Shown here piece after piece: positions 15,282-24,000 of a stretch of 24,000 nt of DNA. The first letter of the stretch is position 1; each line of letters begins with the position of its first letter. The stretch is taken from positions 362,466 through 386,465 of the forward strand of contig NZ_FNIE01000001.1 of the NCBI RefSeq assembly GCF_900103985.1. The letters run 5' to 3'. Position numbers and translations under genes: made by a program. The notes below the pieces were generated by a model. The model saw only the letters and a program-made list of their open reading frames with translations. It made no database searches and was not told where the DNA came from. Origin of the DNA: Actinacidiphila guanduensis. GTDB lineage: Bacteria; Actinomycetota; Actinomycetes; Streptomycetales; Streptomycetaceae.

Positions 15282-17300
15282 CTAACTCCGTCCGCCGGAC
15301 CCGGACAGCCTGCGCTGCACCTGGAGCAGGTACTCCCTGCGGTGCAGCGGGTCGGGGCCGGTGCGCGGCCGCGCGGGCGCCGGCCCGCGCACCGGGCGGT
15401 AGTGGTCGAAGGCGCTCTCCAGGACGCCTTCGCCGCTGGTCAGGGTGGGCAGCTGCTGCTCCAGTCCGTGCACGCGGGCGGCGGGGATGTCACCCTCCAG
15501 CACATGGGTCCCACCGCTCACCTGCTGGGTGCGCGGCACCGCGCCGAGCCGGGCGAGCACGGGGAGCACCGCGCCGAGCGCGTTCTCCGGCAGGTCGAGC
15601 CGGAAGTGGTGCACCGGCTCGTGCACCACCGTGCCCGCCCGGCGCAGTGCGGCCATGAGCACCAGCGGGGTCAGACCGCGGAAGTCGGCGCCCGTGCTGG
15701 ACATCGACTTGTCGAAGACCGCGTGGGCGTGGCTCTGCCGGGCGCTGTAGCCGGAGTGCGTCATCTCCACCGCGCAGTCGGTCACCCGCCAGCCGTGCAG
15801 GCCCTGTGCGAGGGTGCGGTGCACGGTCTCCTCCACCGCGGCGAAGAACGCGTAGGGCATGGAGCCGAGTTCGACGCCGAGCCGGAAGGAGACGCCGCTG
15901 CCGGCGGGTGCGGGCGCGACCCGCAGCCCGACGGTGGCGAGGAACGGGTTGCCGTCCTGCTTGTTGAACTCCACCGCGGCGCCGGTGCCGGCGGGCCGCT
16001 CGATGTGCAGGGTGGTCGTCTCGCGGAAGCCGACCTCGATGCCGAACTCCTCGGCGAGCGTTGCCTGGATGACCTCCTTCTGCACCTCGCCGTAGAGCGA
16101 GACGGCGATCTCGCCGCGGGTCTCGTCCTGCCGCACATCGATCAGCGGGTCCTGCTCGGCGAGCCGGGTGAGCGCGGCGAACAGGGCGGTGCGGCCGCCC
16201 GGCCGGCACGCGGTGACCACGGTCTCCAGGGTGGGCGGCGCGAAGTGGCGGCCGTCCCGCTGCTCGCCCGCCTCCCCGATCGTGTCGCCGACGCGGATGT
16301 CGGCCGGCCCCCACACGCGGGCGATGCGGCCCGCGGCGACGGCGTCGGTCCGTACGTCCTCGCCCGCCTCGAAGACCCGCAGCGCGGTGACCTTCGCCTC
16401 GCCGGCGCGGGCGCCCCCGCGGTGGACGGGCAGCCGGTCGCGGACGCGGACGGTGCCGGAGAACATCCGCAGGTAGCCGATGCGCTCGCCGGCGGGCCCG
16501 CGTTCCACCTTGAACACGGTGCCGGACACGGGCCCCTCGGGGTCGCCGGCGGTCGCGGGCAGCAGGTGTGCGATGCCGTCCACCAGGGCCTCGATGCCCG
16601 CGCCCGTGACGGCCGAGCCGGCGTAGACGGGGTGCACCAGCGCCCGCCCGGTCTGTTCGGCGAGCGCGGCCGCCAGCCGGGGGTACGGCAGCGCCTGCTC
16701 GTCGGTGACATAGGCGGCCAGCAACCGGTCGTCGTGGCCGGCGAGCACTTCGGCCAGGCGGGCGGTGAAGGCGGGATCGGCCCCGTCGCACGGGAGCGCC
16801 GCGGCCCTTCGGGTGCCCTGCCCGGTGGCCCGGACCATGGCGACGGCGTCGGCGGTCAGGCGGGTGGTGATGCCGGCCAGGGTGCGCTCCAGGTCGGCGC
16901 CGGAGCGATCGATCTTGTTGACGAACACCAGGGTCGGGATGCGCAGCCTGCGCAGGGTCCGCATGAGGACCAGGGTCTGCGGCTGGACGCCCTCGACGGC
17001 GGAGACCACCAGCACGGCCCCGTCCAGGACGCCGAGCACCCGCTCCACCTCGGCGATGAAGTCGGGGTGGCCGGGGGTGTCGATGAGGTTGACGGCGGTG
17101 CCGCCGAGGGTGAAGGAGACCACCGCGGAGCGGATGGTGATGCCGCGCTGCTTCTCCAGCGCGAGCGTGTCGGTGCGGGTGCTGCCGGTGTCCACGCTGC
17201 CGACGGTGTCGATCACGCCGGCGGTGAAGAGCAGCCGCTCGGTCAGGCTGGTCTTACCGGCGTCGACGTGCGCGAGGATGCCGAGGTTGAGTGTGTGCAC
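15282..17300 (-). CDS. Ribosomal-protection-type tetracycline resistance GTPase (Tet(M)/Tet(O)/OtrA-like, EF-G paralogue)
   Basis: (V)HTLNLGILAHVDAGKTSLTERLLF (G1), DTPGHPDF (G3) and NKID (G4), with a 672-aa EF-G-like length. The N-terminus resembles that of OtrA. GTG start with GAGGA 13 nt upstream. Confidence 0.88.
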   Translation of the reverse strand: MHTLNLGILAHVDAGKTSLTERLLFTAGVIDTVGSVDTGSTRTDTLALEKQRGITIRSAVVSFTLGGTAVNLIDTPGHPDFIAEVERVLGVLDGAVLVVSAVEGVQPQTLVLMRTLRRLRIPTLVFVNKIDRSGADLERTLAGITTRLTADAVAMVRATGQGTRRAAALPCDGADPAFTARLAEVLAGHDDRLLAAYVTDEQALPYPRLAAALAEQTGRALVHPVYAGSAVTGAGIEALVDGIAHLLPATAGDPEGPVSGTVFKVERGPAGERIGYLRMFSGTVRVRDRLPVHRGGARAGEAKVTALRVFEAGEDVRTDAVAAGRIARVWGPADIRVGDTIGEAGEQRDGRHFAPPTLETVVTACRPGGRTALFAALTRLAEQDPLIDVRQDETRGEIAVSLYGEVQKEVIQATLAEEFGIEVGFRETTTLHIERPAGTGAAVEFNKQDGNPFLATVGLRVAPAPAGSGVSFRLGVELGSMPYAFFAAVEETVHRTLAQGLHGWRVTDCAVEMTHSGYSARQSHAHAVFDKSMSSTGADFRGLTPLVLMAALRRAGTVVHEPVHHFRLDLPENALGAVLPVLARLGAVPRTQQVSGGTHVLEGDIPAARVHGLEQQLPTLTSGEGVLESAFDHYRPVRGPAPARPRTGPDPLHRREYLLQVQRRLSGSGGRS

Positions 17301-17433
17301 GAAGCGTCATGTCCTCAAGGTCGTGGGTCCTTCCTTCGGGGGCGGGCATGACGGGACCGCGCATCGCAGGGCTCCTTGGTCGGGGGACGCGTACCGCCCG
17401 ACTACAGCAGGGGGCTGTGCCGGGCGGCAACGT

Positions 17434-17462
17434 GTTTTCCGTCGTTTTCCGTTGTTTTCCGT
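17434..17462. repeat. Three tandem 10-bp-phased repeats, core GTTTTCCGT (minus strand ACGGAAAAC)
   Basis: cgtGTTTTCCGTcGTTTTCCGTtGTTTTCCGTgg has three identical 9-mers at an exact 10-bp period. AT-rich island 134-162 nt upstream of the GTPase start and 52-80 nt downstream of the sdhB stop. Confidence 0.7.
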
Positions 17463-17513
17463 GGAGCCGGAGCGTGCTTGCGTACGGCCGGAGGGGGCGG
17501 GTGGGCCGGGGTC

Positions 17514-18259
17514 TCAGCGGCGGCCGGACTTGCGGGTGGCGCGCAGCCACTCGCGGTTCATCGAGGTGATCGAGGTCAGCGGGATGCCCTTGGGGCAGGC
17601 GGTGGCGCATTCGCCGGTCAGGGTGCAGCCGCCGAAGCCCTCGGCGTCCATCTGGGCGACCATGTCCAGCACCCGGGTCTCCCGTTCGGGCGCGCCCTGC
17701 GGGAGGGCGCCCAGGTGGTTGACCTTCGCGGAGGTGAAGAGCATCGCCGAGCCGTTGGGGCAGGCGGCCACGCAGGCTCCGCAGCCGATGCACTCGGCGT
17801 GCTCGAAGGCCCGGTCGGCGTCGGCCTTGGGCACCGGGGTGGCGTGTGCCTCGGGCGCGGAGCCGGTGGGCACGCTGACGTAGCCGCCGGCCTGGATGAT
17901 GCGGTCGAAGGCGCCGCGGTCGACCACGAGGTCGCGCACGACGGGGAAGGCGGCCGCCCGCCACGGCTCGACGTCGATGGTGTCGCCGTCGCGGAAGGAG
18001 CGCATGTGCAGCTGGCAGCTGGTGGTGCGCTCCGGGCCGTGCGCCTGCCCGTCGATGACGAGGCTGCAGGCGCCGCAGATGCCCTCGCGGCAGTCGTGGT
18101 CGAAGGCGACGGGGTCCTCGCCCTCCAGGGTGAGCTTCTCGTTGAGGGTGTCGAGGACCTCCAGGAACGACATGTCCGGGGAGACGCCGTCGATGTCGTA
18201 GGCCTTCATGGCGCCGGGCGCGGTGGCGTTCTTCTGCCGCCAGATCCGCAGGGTGAGCC

Positions 18260-18263
<4 letters not shown>
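17514..18263 (-). CDS. sdhB: Succinate dehydrogenase/fumarate reductase iron-sulfur subunit
   Basis: Three Fe-S cysteine motifs: [21 protein letters not shown] and [12 protein letters not shown]. The ATG overlaps the sdhA stop (ATGA). Confidence 0.92.
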
Positions 18264-20209
<1,946 letters not shown>

Positions 20210-20219
20210 CTCGGCTCCC

Positions 20220-20924
20220 TCAGTGGACGGTTCCGGTCATGACGCCGACGGGCACGGCGATGAAGCCGCCCGCCAGCACCACGGCGACGACGGTGGCGAC
20301 GGTCTTCAGCGCGCGGTCGCGGCTGCGGCTGCCGACGCCGAGGGTCTGCGCGGCGCTCCACAGCCCGTGCCGGACGTGCAGGCCGAGGGCGAGCATCGCC
20401 ACGATGTAGATCACGTCGCCGTACCAGGTGTGGAAGGTCGCCTCGACGTTCTGGTACGGGTGGCCGGGCTGCGCGTTGCGGTTGACGGTCAGCGTGGTGA
20501 GGTCCAGCAGGTGCCAGACGATGAACAGGGCGAGGATCACTCCGCCCCAGCGCATGGTCCGTGTCGCGTACGTGGCGCGGGCCCGGCGGTGGACGTAGCC
20601 GACCGGGCGGGCCCTGATGTCGCGGCGGCTGAGCTGGTAGGCGGTCACGATGTGCGCGACGACCGAGGCGACCAGCACGACACGGATGATCCACAGCGCC
20701 CACTCGTAGTGGAGCGCGGGCTCGCCGAGGGTGCGCAGCCAGTGCGCGTAGCCGTTGTAGTCGCTCGGGCCGAAGAAGATCTTCAGATTGCCGAGCATGT
20801 GGACGAGCAGGTAGAGCAGCATCACCAGGCCGCTCACCGCCATCACCGTCTTCTTGCCGACGGTGGAGTCCCACACGTTGCGCGCCATGGAGGGCCGTCG
20901 GGCCGGCCGCGTTGCCAGTGCCAT
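20220..20924 (-). CDS. sdhC: Succinate dehydrogenase cytochrome b subunit (single large membrane anchor, Bacillus-type)
   Basis: [30 protein letters not shown]... with five hydrophobic segments and conserved His residues. The start is ambiguous, ATG 20924 or ATG 20888. Neither has a clear SD, so the transcript may be leaderless. Confidence 0.78.
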   Translation of the reverse strand: MALATRPARRPSMARNVWDSTVGKKTVMAVSGLVMLLYLLVHMLGNLKIFFGPSDYNGYAHWLRTLGEPALHYEWALWIIRVVLVASVVAHIVTAYQLSRRDIRARPVGYVHRRARATYATRTMRWGGVILALFIVWHLLDLTTLTVNRNAQPGHPYQNVEATFHTWYGDVIYIVAMLALGLHVRHGLWSAAQTLGVGSRSRDRALKTVATVVAVVLAGGFIAVPVGVMTGTVH

Positions 20925-20983
20925 GGACACGACGGTAGGACCCGCGGACAGCAGTGGTCCAAGACATGATCGGGCTCGTCTCC

Positions 20984-20998
20984 ATAGCCACCGCCTAT
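20984..20998. promoter_or_regulatory. LysR-type T-N11-A box (ATAG-N7-CTAT) in the sdhC/lysR divergent region
   Basis: ATAGccaccgcCTAT is an inverted repeat fitting T-N11-A. It sits 21 nt upstream of the LysR ATG, in the 94-bp divergent intergenic region. Confidence 0.4.
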
Positions 20999-21018
20999 CA
21001 AGCGTTATCGTGGGGGCC

Positions 21019-21981
21019 ATGCAGTTCCAGCAGCTGGCGTACTTCGTGGCGGTCGCCGACACCCGGCACTTCACGCGGGCCGCCGAGGCGGTGCACGTCT
21101 CGCAGCCGTCGCTGTCGCAGCAGATCCGGGCGCTGGAGAAGGAGCTGGGCTCGCCGCTGTTCAGCCGGGCCCGGGGCAACATCGCGCTCACCGACGCCGG
21201 CGAGGCGCTGCTGCCGCTGGCCCGGCGCATCCTCGCCGACGCCGACACCGCCCGCCAAGAGGTGCTGGAGCTGGCCCGGCTCACCCGCGGCCGGGTCCGC
21301 CTGGGCGCCACGCCGAGCCTGTGCACCGGCCTGCTCCCCGATGTGCTGCGCGCCTTCCACGACCGCCACCCCGGCATCCGGCTGCAGATCGAGGAGGGCG
21401 GCTCGCACGACCTGGTCCGCGAGCTGGCCCGCGGCGCGCTGGACCTGGCCCTGGTGGTCCTGCCGCTGCCCAGCCCCTCCCCCGCGCTGACCACGATCGA
21501 GCTCTTCCAGGAGGACCTGGTGGTCGTCTCGGCCGACCCGGCCCCCGCACCGGCCGACGCCGCCGGTGCGGGTAAGGCCGGGAGGCCGCTGCCCTCGCCG
21601 CTGCGGATCGCCGACCTGGAGGGGCGGCCGATGGTGATGTTCCGGCATGGCTACGACCTGCGCGACCTCACCTTGTCCGCGTGCCGCGCGGCGGGCTTCG
21701 AGCCCTATCTGACCGTGGAGGGCGGCGAGATGGACGCGGTGATGGGCTTCGTACGGGCCGGGCTCGGCATCGGCGTGGTGCCCACGATGGTCGCCGCCCG
21801 GGCCGGCCCGGGCCTGCGCGTCACCCCGCTCGCCCGGCCCGGCCTGCGCCGCACCGTCGCCCTCGCCCACCGCAGCGACGTGGCCCCGCCCCGGGCCGCC
21901 CGCGTCCTTCAGGACGTCCTGCTCGCCGCCGCCCGCCAGGCCATCCCGGGCCCCGGCCTGCACCCGCCGCAGGTGAGCTGA
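21019..21981 (+). CDS. LysR family transcriptional regulator
   Basis: MQFQQLAYFVAVADTRHFTRAAEAVHVSQPSLSQQIRALEKELGSPLFSR is the canonical LysR HTH, followed by a LysR substrate-binding domain. Confidence 0.9.
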   Translation: MQFQQLAYFVAVADTRHFTRAAEAVHVSQPSLSQQIRALEKELGSPLFSRARGNIALTDAGEALLPLARRILADADTARQEVLELARLTRGRVRLGATPSLCTGLLPDVLRAFHDRHPGIRLQIEEGGSHDLVRELARGALDLALVVLPLPSPSPALTTIELFQEDLVVVSADPAPAPADAAGAGKAGRPLPSPLRIADLEGRPMVMFRHGYDLRDLTLSACRAAGFEPYLTVEGGEMDAVMGFVRAGLGIGVVPTMVAARAGPGLRVTPLARPGLRRTVALAHRSDVAPPRAARVLQDVLLAAARQAIPGPGLHPPQVS

Positions 21982-22022
21982 GCACGACCGCAGCCGAGCC
22001 CGCCACCCGCGACCTGCACGAC

Positions 22023-22267
22023 ACGCAGCCCGCCCGCCGCCCGGCACCCCCCACCACCGCGGGTCCGCAGGTCCGCTGGGCAGCGTGGCGCCATCAGGGC
22101 CCGCCCGCGTCCTGCCGGAGGCGCAGCCCGCCCGCCGAGCCGTTCCCCCGGCACCCCCGCACCCCCGCACCCCCGCGGAGCAGCGTGGCGCCATCAGCGC
22201 CCGCCATCCGTGTCCGGCCGGAGGCGCAGCCCGCCCGCCACCTGCCGGGCCGTCCCGCGCCCCCGCC
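22023..22267. repeat. About 100-bp-period tandem repeat (about 2.4 copies) with an embedded (CACCCCCG)x3 microrepeat
   Basis: gcagcgtggcgccatcag[g/c]gcccgcc...ccggaggcgcagcccgcccgcc occurs at 22080-22137 and 22180-22240, roughly 57 of 60 nt with 3 indels. The gcagcccgcccgcc core is also at 22025. cacccccg is repeated three times at about 22152-22175. Confidence 0.6.
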
Positions 22268-22425
22268 TGCACCTGTCACAGGCCCGCTGAACGTCGGCGC
22301 CCCCGGCCGCGCCCGGGCCTTTCCGGGAGCCGGCCTGCGAGACAGGCCGGACGCGACCGCTTCGGGCCGCCCGTGGCAGGCTTGACCTGCGCGCTCGGGC
22401 TCACGACGCAAGGGAGGTGGCGCAC

Positions 22426-23250
22426 GTGGGCGACGGTCCCGACCACCCGCCGCACGTCCACGAGGTGGACGCCTGGCGGCCGGGGGTCGCCGGCATCTCA
22501 GAGGTGCTGCACGCGCACTTCACCGACCACGCCTATCCCGTGCACACCCATGAGACGTGGGACCTGATGCTGCTGGACGACGGCGCCGTGGACTTCGCCC
22601 TCGACCGGCGGCGGCACGACGCCACCGACGCCAGCCGGGTGGTCCTGCTGCCGCCGGGCGTCCCGCACGACGGCCGTACGGTCAACGCGCTCGGCTTCCG
22701 CAAGCGCGTGGTCTACCTCACCACGGACATCCTGCCCGCGCGGCTGGCCGGGCCCGCCGTCGACCGCGGGCCGATCCTCGGCGACGTCGCGCTGCGCCGC
22801 CGTGTCCACCGGCTGCACACCGCGCTGCGGCACGAGGGCGACGCCTTCGAGGCGCAGTCACGCCTGGCCTTCGTGCGCGAGCGGCTGCTGGCGCACCTCG
22901 AAGGGCGGCGGGTACGGCCGCCGGGGCGCGAGGGCGACCGCCTGGCCGCGCGGCTGCGCGAACTGCTGGACGCCCACACCACCGACGGGCTGACCCTCGA
23001 ACAGGCCACGGCGGTCCTGCACGCCCACCCCACGCACCTGATCCGCGCGTTCTCCCGTGCCTACGGGTTGCCGCCGCACGCCTACCTCACCGGCCGCCGC
23101 ATCGACCTTGCCCGCCGCCTCCTGCTCTCCGGCGCCCGCCCCGTCGACGTCGCCCCCGCGGTCGGCTTCTACGACCAGTCCCACCTGGCCCGCCACTTCA
23201 CCCGTCACCTGGGCGTCCCCCCTTCCCGCTTCGCCACCAGCCACCGCTAG
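22426..23250 (+). CDS. AraC family transcriptional regulator (cupin-like N-terminal domain plus C-terminal HTH)
   Basis: The C-terminus is LTLEQATAVLHAHPTHLIRAFSRAYGLPPHAYLTGRRIDLARRLLLSGARPVDVAPAVGFYDQSHLARHFTRHLGVPPSRF. The track starts at GTG 22417, but AGGGAGG (22411-22417) abuts or overlaps it, so GTG 22426 is preferred. Confidence 0.85.
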   Translation: MGDGPDHPPHVHEVDAWRPGVAGISEVLHAHFTDHAYPVHTHETWDLMLLDDGAVDFALDRRRHDATDASRVVLLPPGVPHDGRTVNALGFRKRVVYLTTDILPARLAGPAVDRGPILGDVALRRRVHRLHTALRHEGDAFEAQSRLAFVRERLLAHLEGRRVRPPGREGDRLAARLRELLDAHTTDGLTLEQATAVLHAHPTHLIRAFSRAYGLPPHAYLTGRRIDLARRLLLSGARPVDVAPAVGFYDQSHLARHFTRHLGVPPSRFATSHR

Positions 23251-23313
23251 TTCTTACGGGTACGGCTCCCGTCTGCGCCAAGACGGCCGGTTGGCCGCCG
23301 CCTGCACCCCGCC

Positions 23314-23471
23314 ATGGGCGGGTCGCGCAGTTCCCCCAGAGCTTCGCCTGGGGGTACCCAGCGCCCCCTCAGGCGATACGCCTCACCCTTCGCGCAAAGG
23401 GCAAGCCCTACAGGGGCACTGGGGGTACCCCCAGGCGAAGCTCTGGGGGAGGAACTGCGCGCGCAACCGCC
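23314..23471. repeat. Large imperfect palindrome (about 36-46-nt arms, about 63-nt structured centre)
   Basis: Left arm cgcgcagttcccccagagcttcgcctgggggtaccc (23324-23359); right arm gggtacccccaggcgaagctctgggggaGGaactgcgcg (23423-23461). The pairing is 28 nt perfect, then a 2-nt insertion, then 8 nt perfect, and it is extendable with indels. Each arm holds its own hairpin (CCCCCAG-N8-CTGGGGG). The centre holds AGGCG-ata-CGCCT and CCCTT-cgcgca-AAGGG. Confidence 0.7.
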
Positions 23472-23625
23472 CACCGGGCGGCAGGCGGCGACGAGACGGA
23501 AACCCCCGCGGCGGGGAGCCACCCTCGCCACAACGCCGCAGGCGGCGACGGCGACGAACCCCGACGGCGAGTTGCCGCCCTCGCCAACACCGTGCGGCCG
23601 CCCCCGCCAACAGCGAGCGGCCGCC

Positions 23626-24000
23626 CTAAACAGTGGCGATCGCCGGATCCGTCACCCCGGGGCGCCCCGTCTCGACGTGGCCGGCGAAGCGCCGCTCGAA
23701 GGAAGGGTCGTGGTCGGTGAGGACGGTCACGTCGTACCAGCGGGAGCCCACCGTGAGGTCCACCTGGAAGGACTCGCGGCGCCCGGCGCGGACCACGAGG
23801 GTCCGCCGCGCACCCCCGTACGCGTTCGTGAGGGTGAAGCGGATGTCGGAGTGCCCGGAATTGGTCAGTGTGAGGTCGAGCCGGCCGGCGGTGTCGTGCC
23901 GGGCGGTCACCTCCGCGCCGACGCGGAAGGCGGAGCCCTTGAAGCCGCGCAGGAAGCCGTTGGGCCCGTGCACGGTGAGGTCGTACTCCCCGCCGGTGGC
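23626..24000 (-). CDS. Phospholipase C (phosphocholine-specific/non-haemolytic type), C-terminal DUF756 region (partial; N-terminus beyond window end)
   Basis: The frame stays open to position 24000 (...ATGGEYDLTVHGPNGFLRGFKG...). The C-terminal WYDVTVLTDHDPSFERRFAGHVETGRPGVTDPAIA matches the conserved tail of bacterial PLC DUF756 repeats as I recall it. Confidence 0.72.
   Translation of the reverse strand, partial: ATGGEYDLTVHGPNGFLRGFKGSAFRVGAEVTARHDTAGRLDLTLTNSGHSDIRFTLTNAYGGARRTLVVRAGRRESFQVDLTVGSRWYDVTVLTDHDPSFERRFAGHVETGRPGVTDPAIATV

Noticed and set aside
15282-17300. Interpreting the OtrA-like gene as the self-resistance determinant of a tetracycline biosynthetic cluster
   Set aside because: No PKS, cyclase, oxygenase or other biosynthetic genes occur within the window. 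Its neighbours are sdh genes and a DUF427 gene.
22023-22267. Possible CRISPR array (also considered for the repeats at 2377-2562 and 23481-23626)
   Set aside because: The repeat units are about 57-100 bp, degenerate and contiguous. They do not form short identical repeats separated by unique spacers of similar length. No cas genes are in the window.
23314-23471. tRNA, known ncRNA (e.g. 6C-type C-rich loops) or insertion sequence
   Set aside because: I could draw no cloverleaf or anticodon arm. C-rich runs occur but not in the two-hairpin 6C arrangement. No transposase ORF is present. It is kept as an unexplained palindrome and not assigned to a named class.
20998-23720. ORFs 20998-22272 (-), 21681-22385 (+), 22085-22567 (+), 22557-23720 (+), 23247-23531 (-)
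   Set aside because: They overlap the LysR and AraC genes in the wrong frame or strand, or they span repeat-rich intergenic DNA. Their products are Arg/Pro/Gly/Ala low-complexity.

Overview
High-GC, Streptomyces-like chromosomal window; the taxon is inferred from GC content, GC3 codon bias, a Tat/lipobox signal and an OtrA-like gene. About 19 genes are supported, and most long ORFs in the track are antisense or out-of-frame shadows of them. Left to right: (1) a GH3 beta-glucosidase gene running off the left edge on the minus strand; it is missing from the ORF track and was translated by hand. (2) A LacI-family repressor. (3) A five-gene plus-strand operon at 2981-10256: cytoplasmic FAD-dependent oxidoreductase, large LplA-like lipoprotein solute-binding protein, LplB- and LplC-type ABC permeases, and a secreted right-handed beta-helix protein. 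It has a near-consensus promoter and a terminator hairpin. (4) A GH42 beta-galactosidase followed by a DUF1203 protein. (5) A second LacI regulator, convergent with a sugar O-acetyltransferase. (6) On the minus strand, an OtrA/Tet(M)-type ribosomal-protection GTPase followed by a DUF427 gene. (7) A three-subunit sdhCAB operon (Bacillus-type, single cytochrome b) divergent from a LysR regulator. (8) An AraC regulator. (9) The C-terminal end of a phospholipase C gene running off the right edge. No rRNA, tRNA, CRISPR array, transposase or integrase was recognised. Best candidates for a second look: the glycan-utilisation locus, whose enzyme set (FAD oxidoreductase, beta-helix, GH42, DUF1203) matches no characterised Streptomyces sugar system I recognise; an 11-nt AT-rich motif shared by the two promoters flanking the LacI gene; a 730-bp repeat-bearing non-coding region; a structured leader upstream of the ribosomal-protection gene (10-bp tandem repeats plus a strongly SD-preceded uORF); and repeat or palindrome elements in two other intergenic regions. 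All family assignments come from motif recognition by eye; no database search was run.
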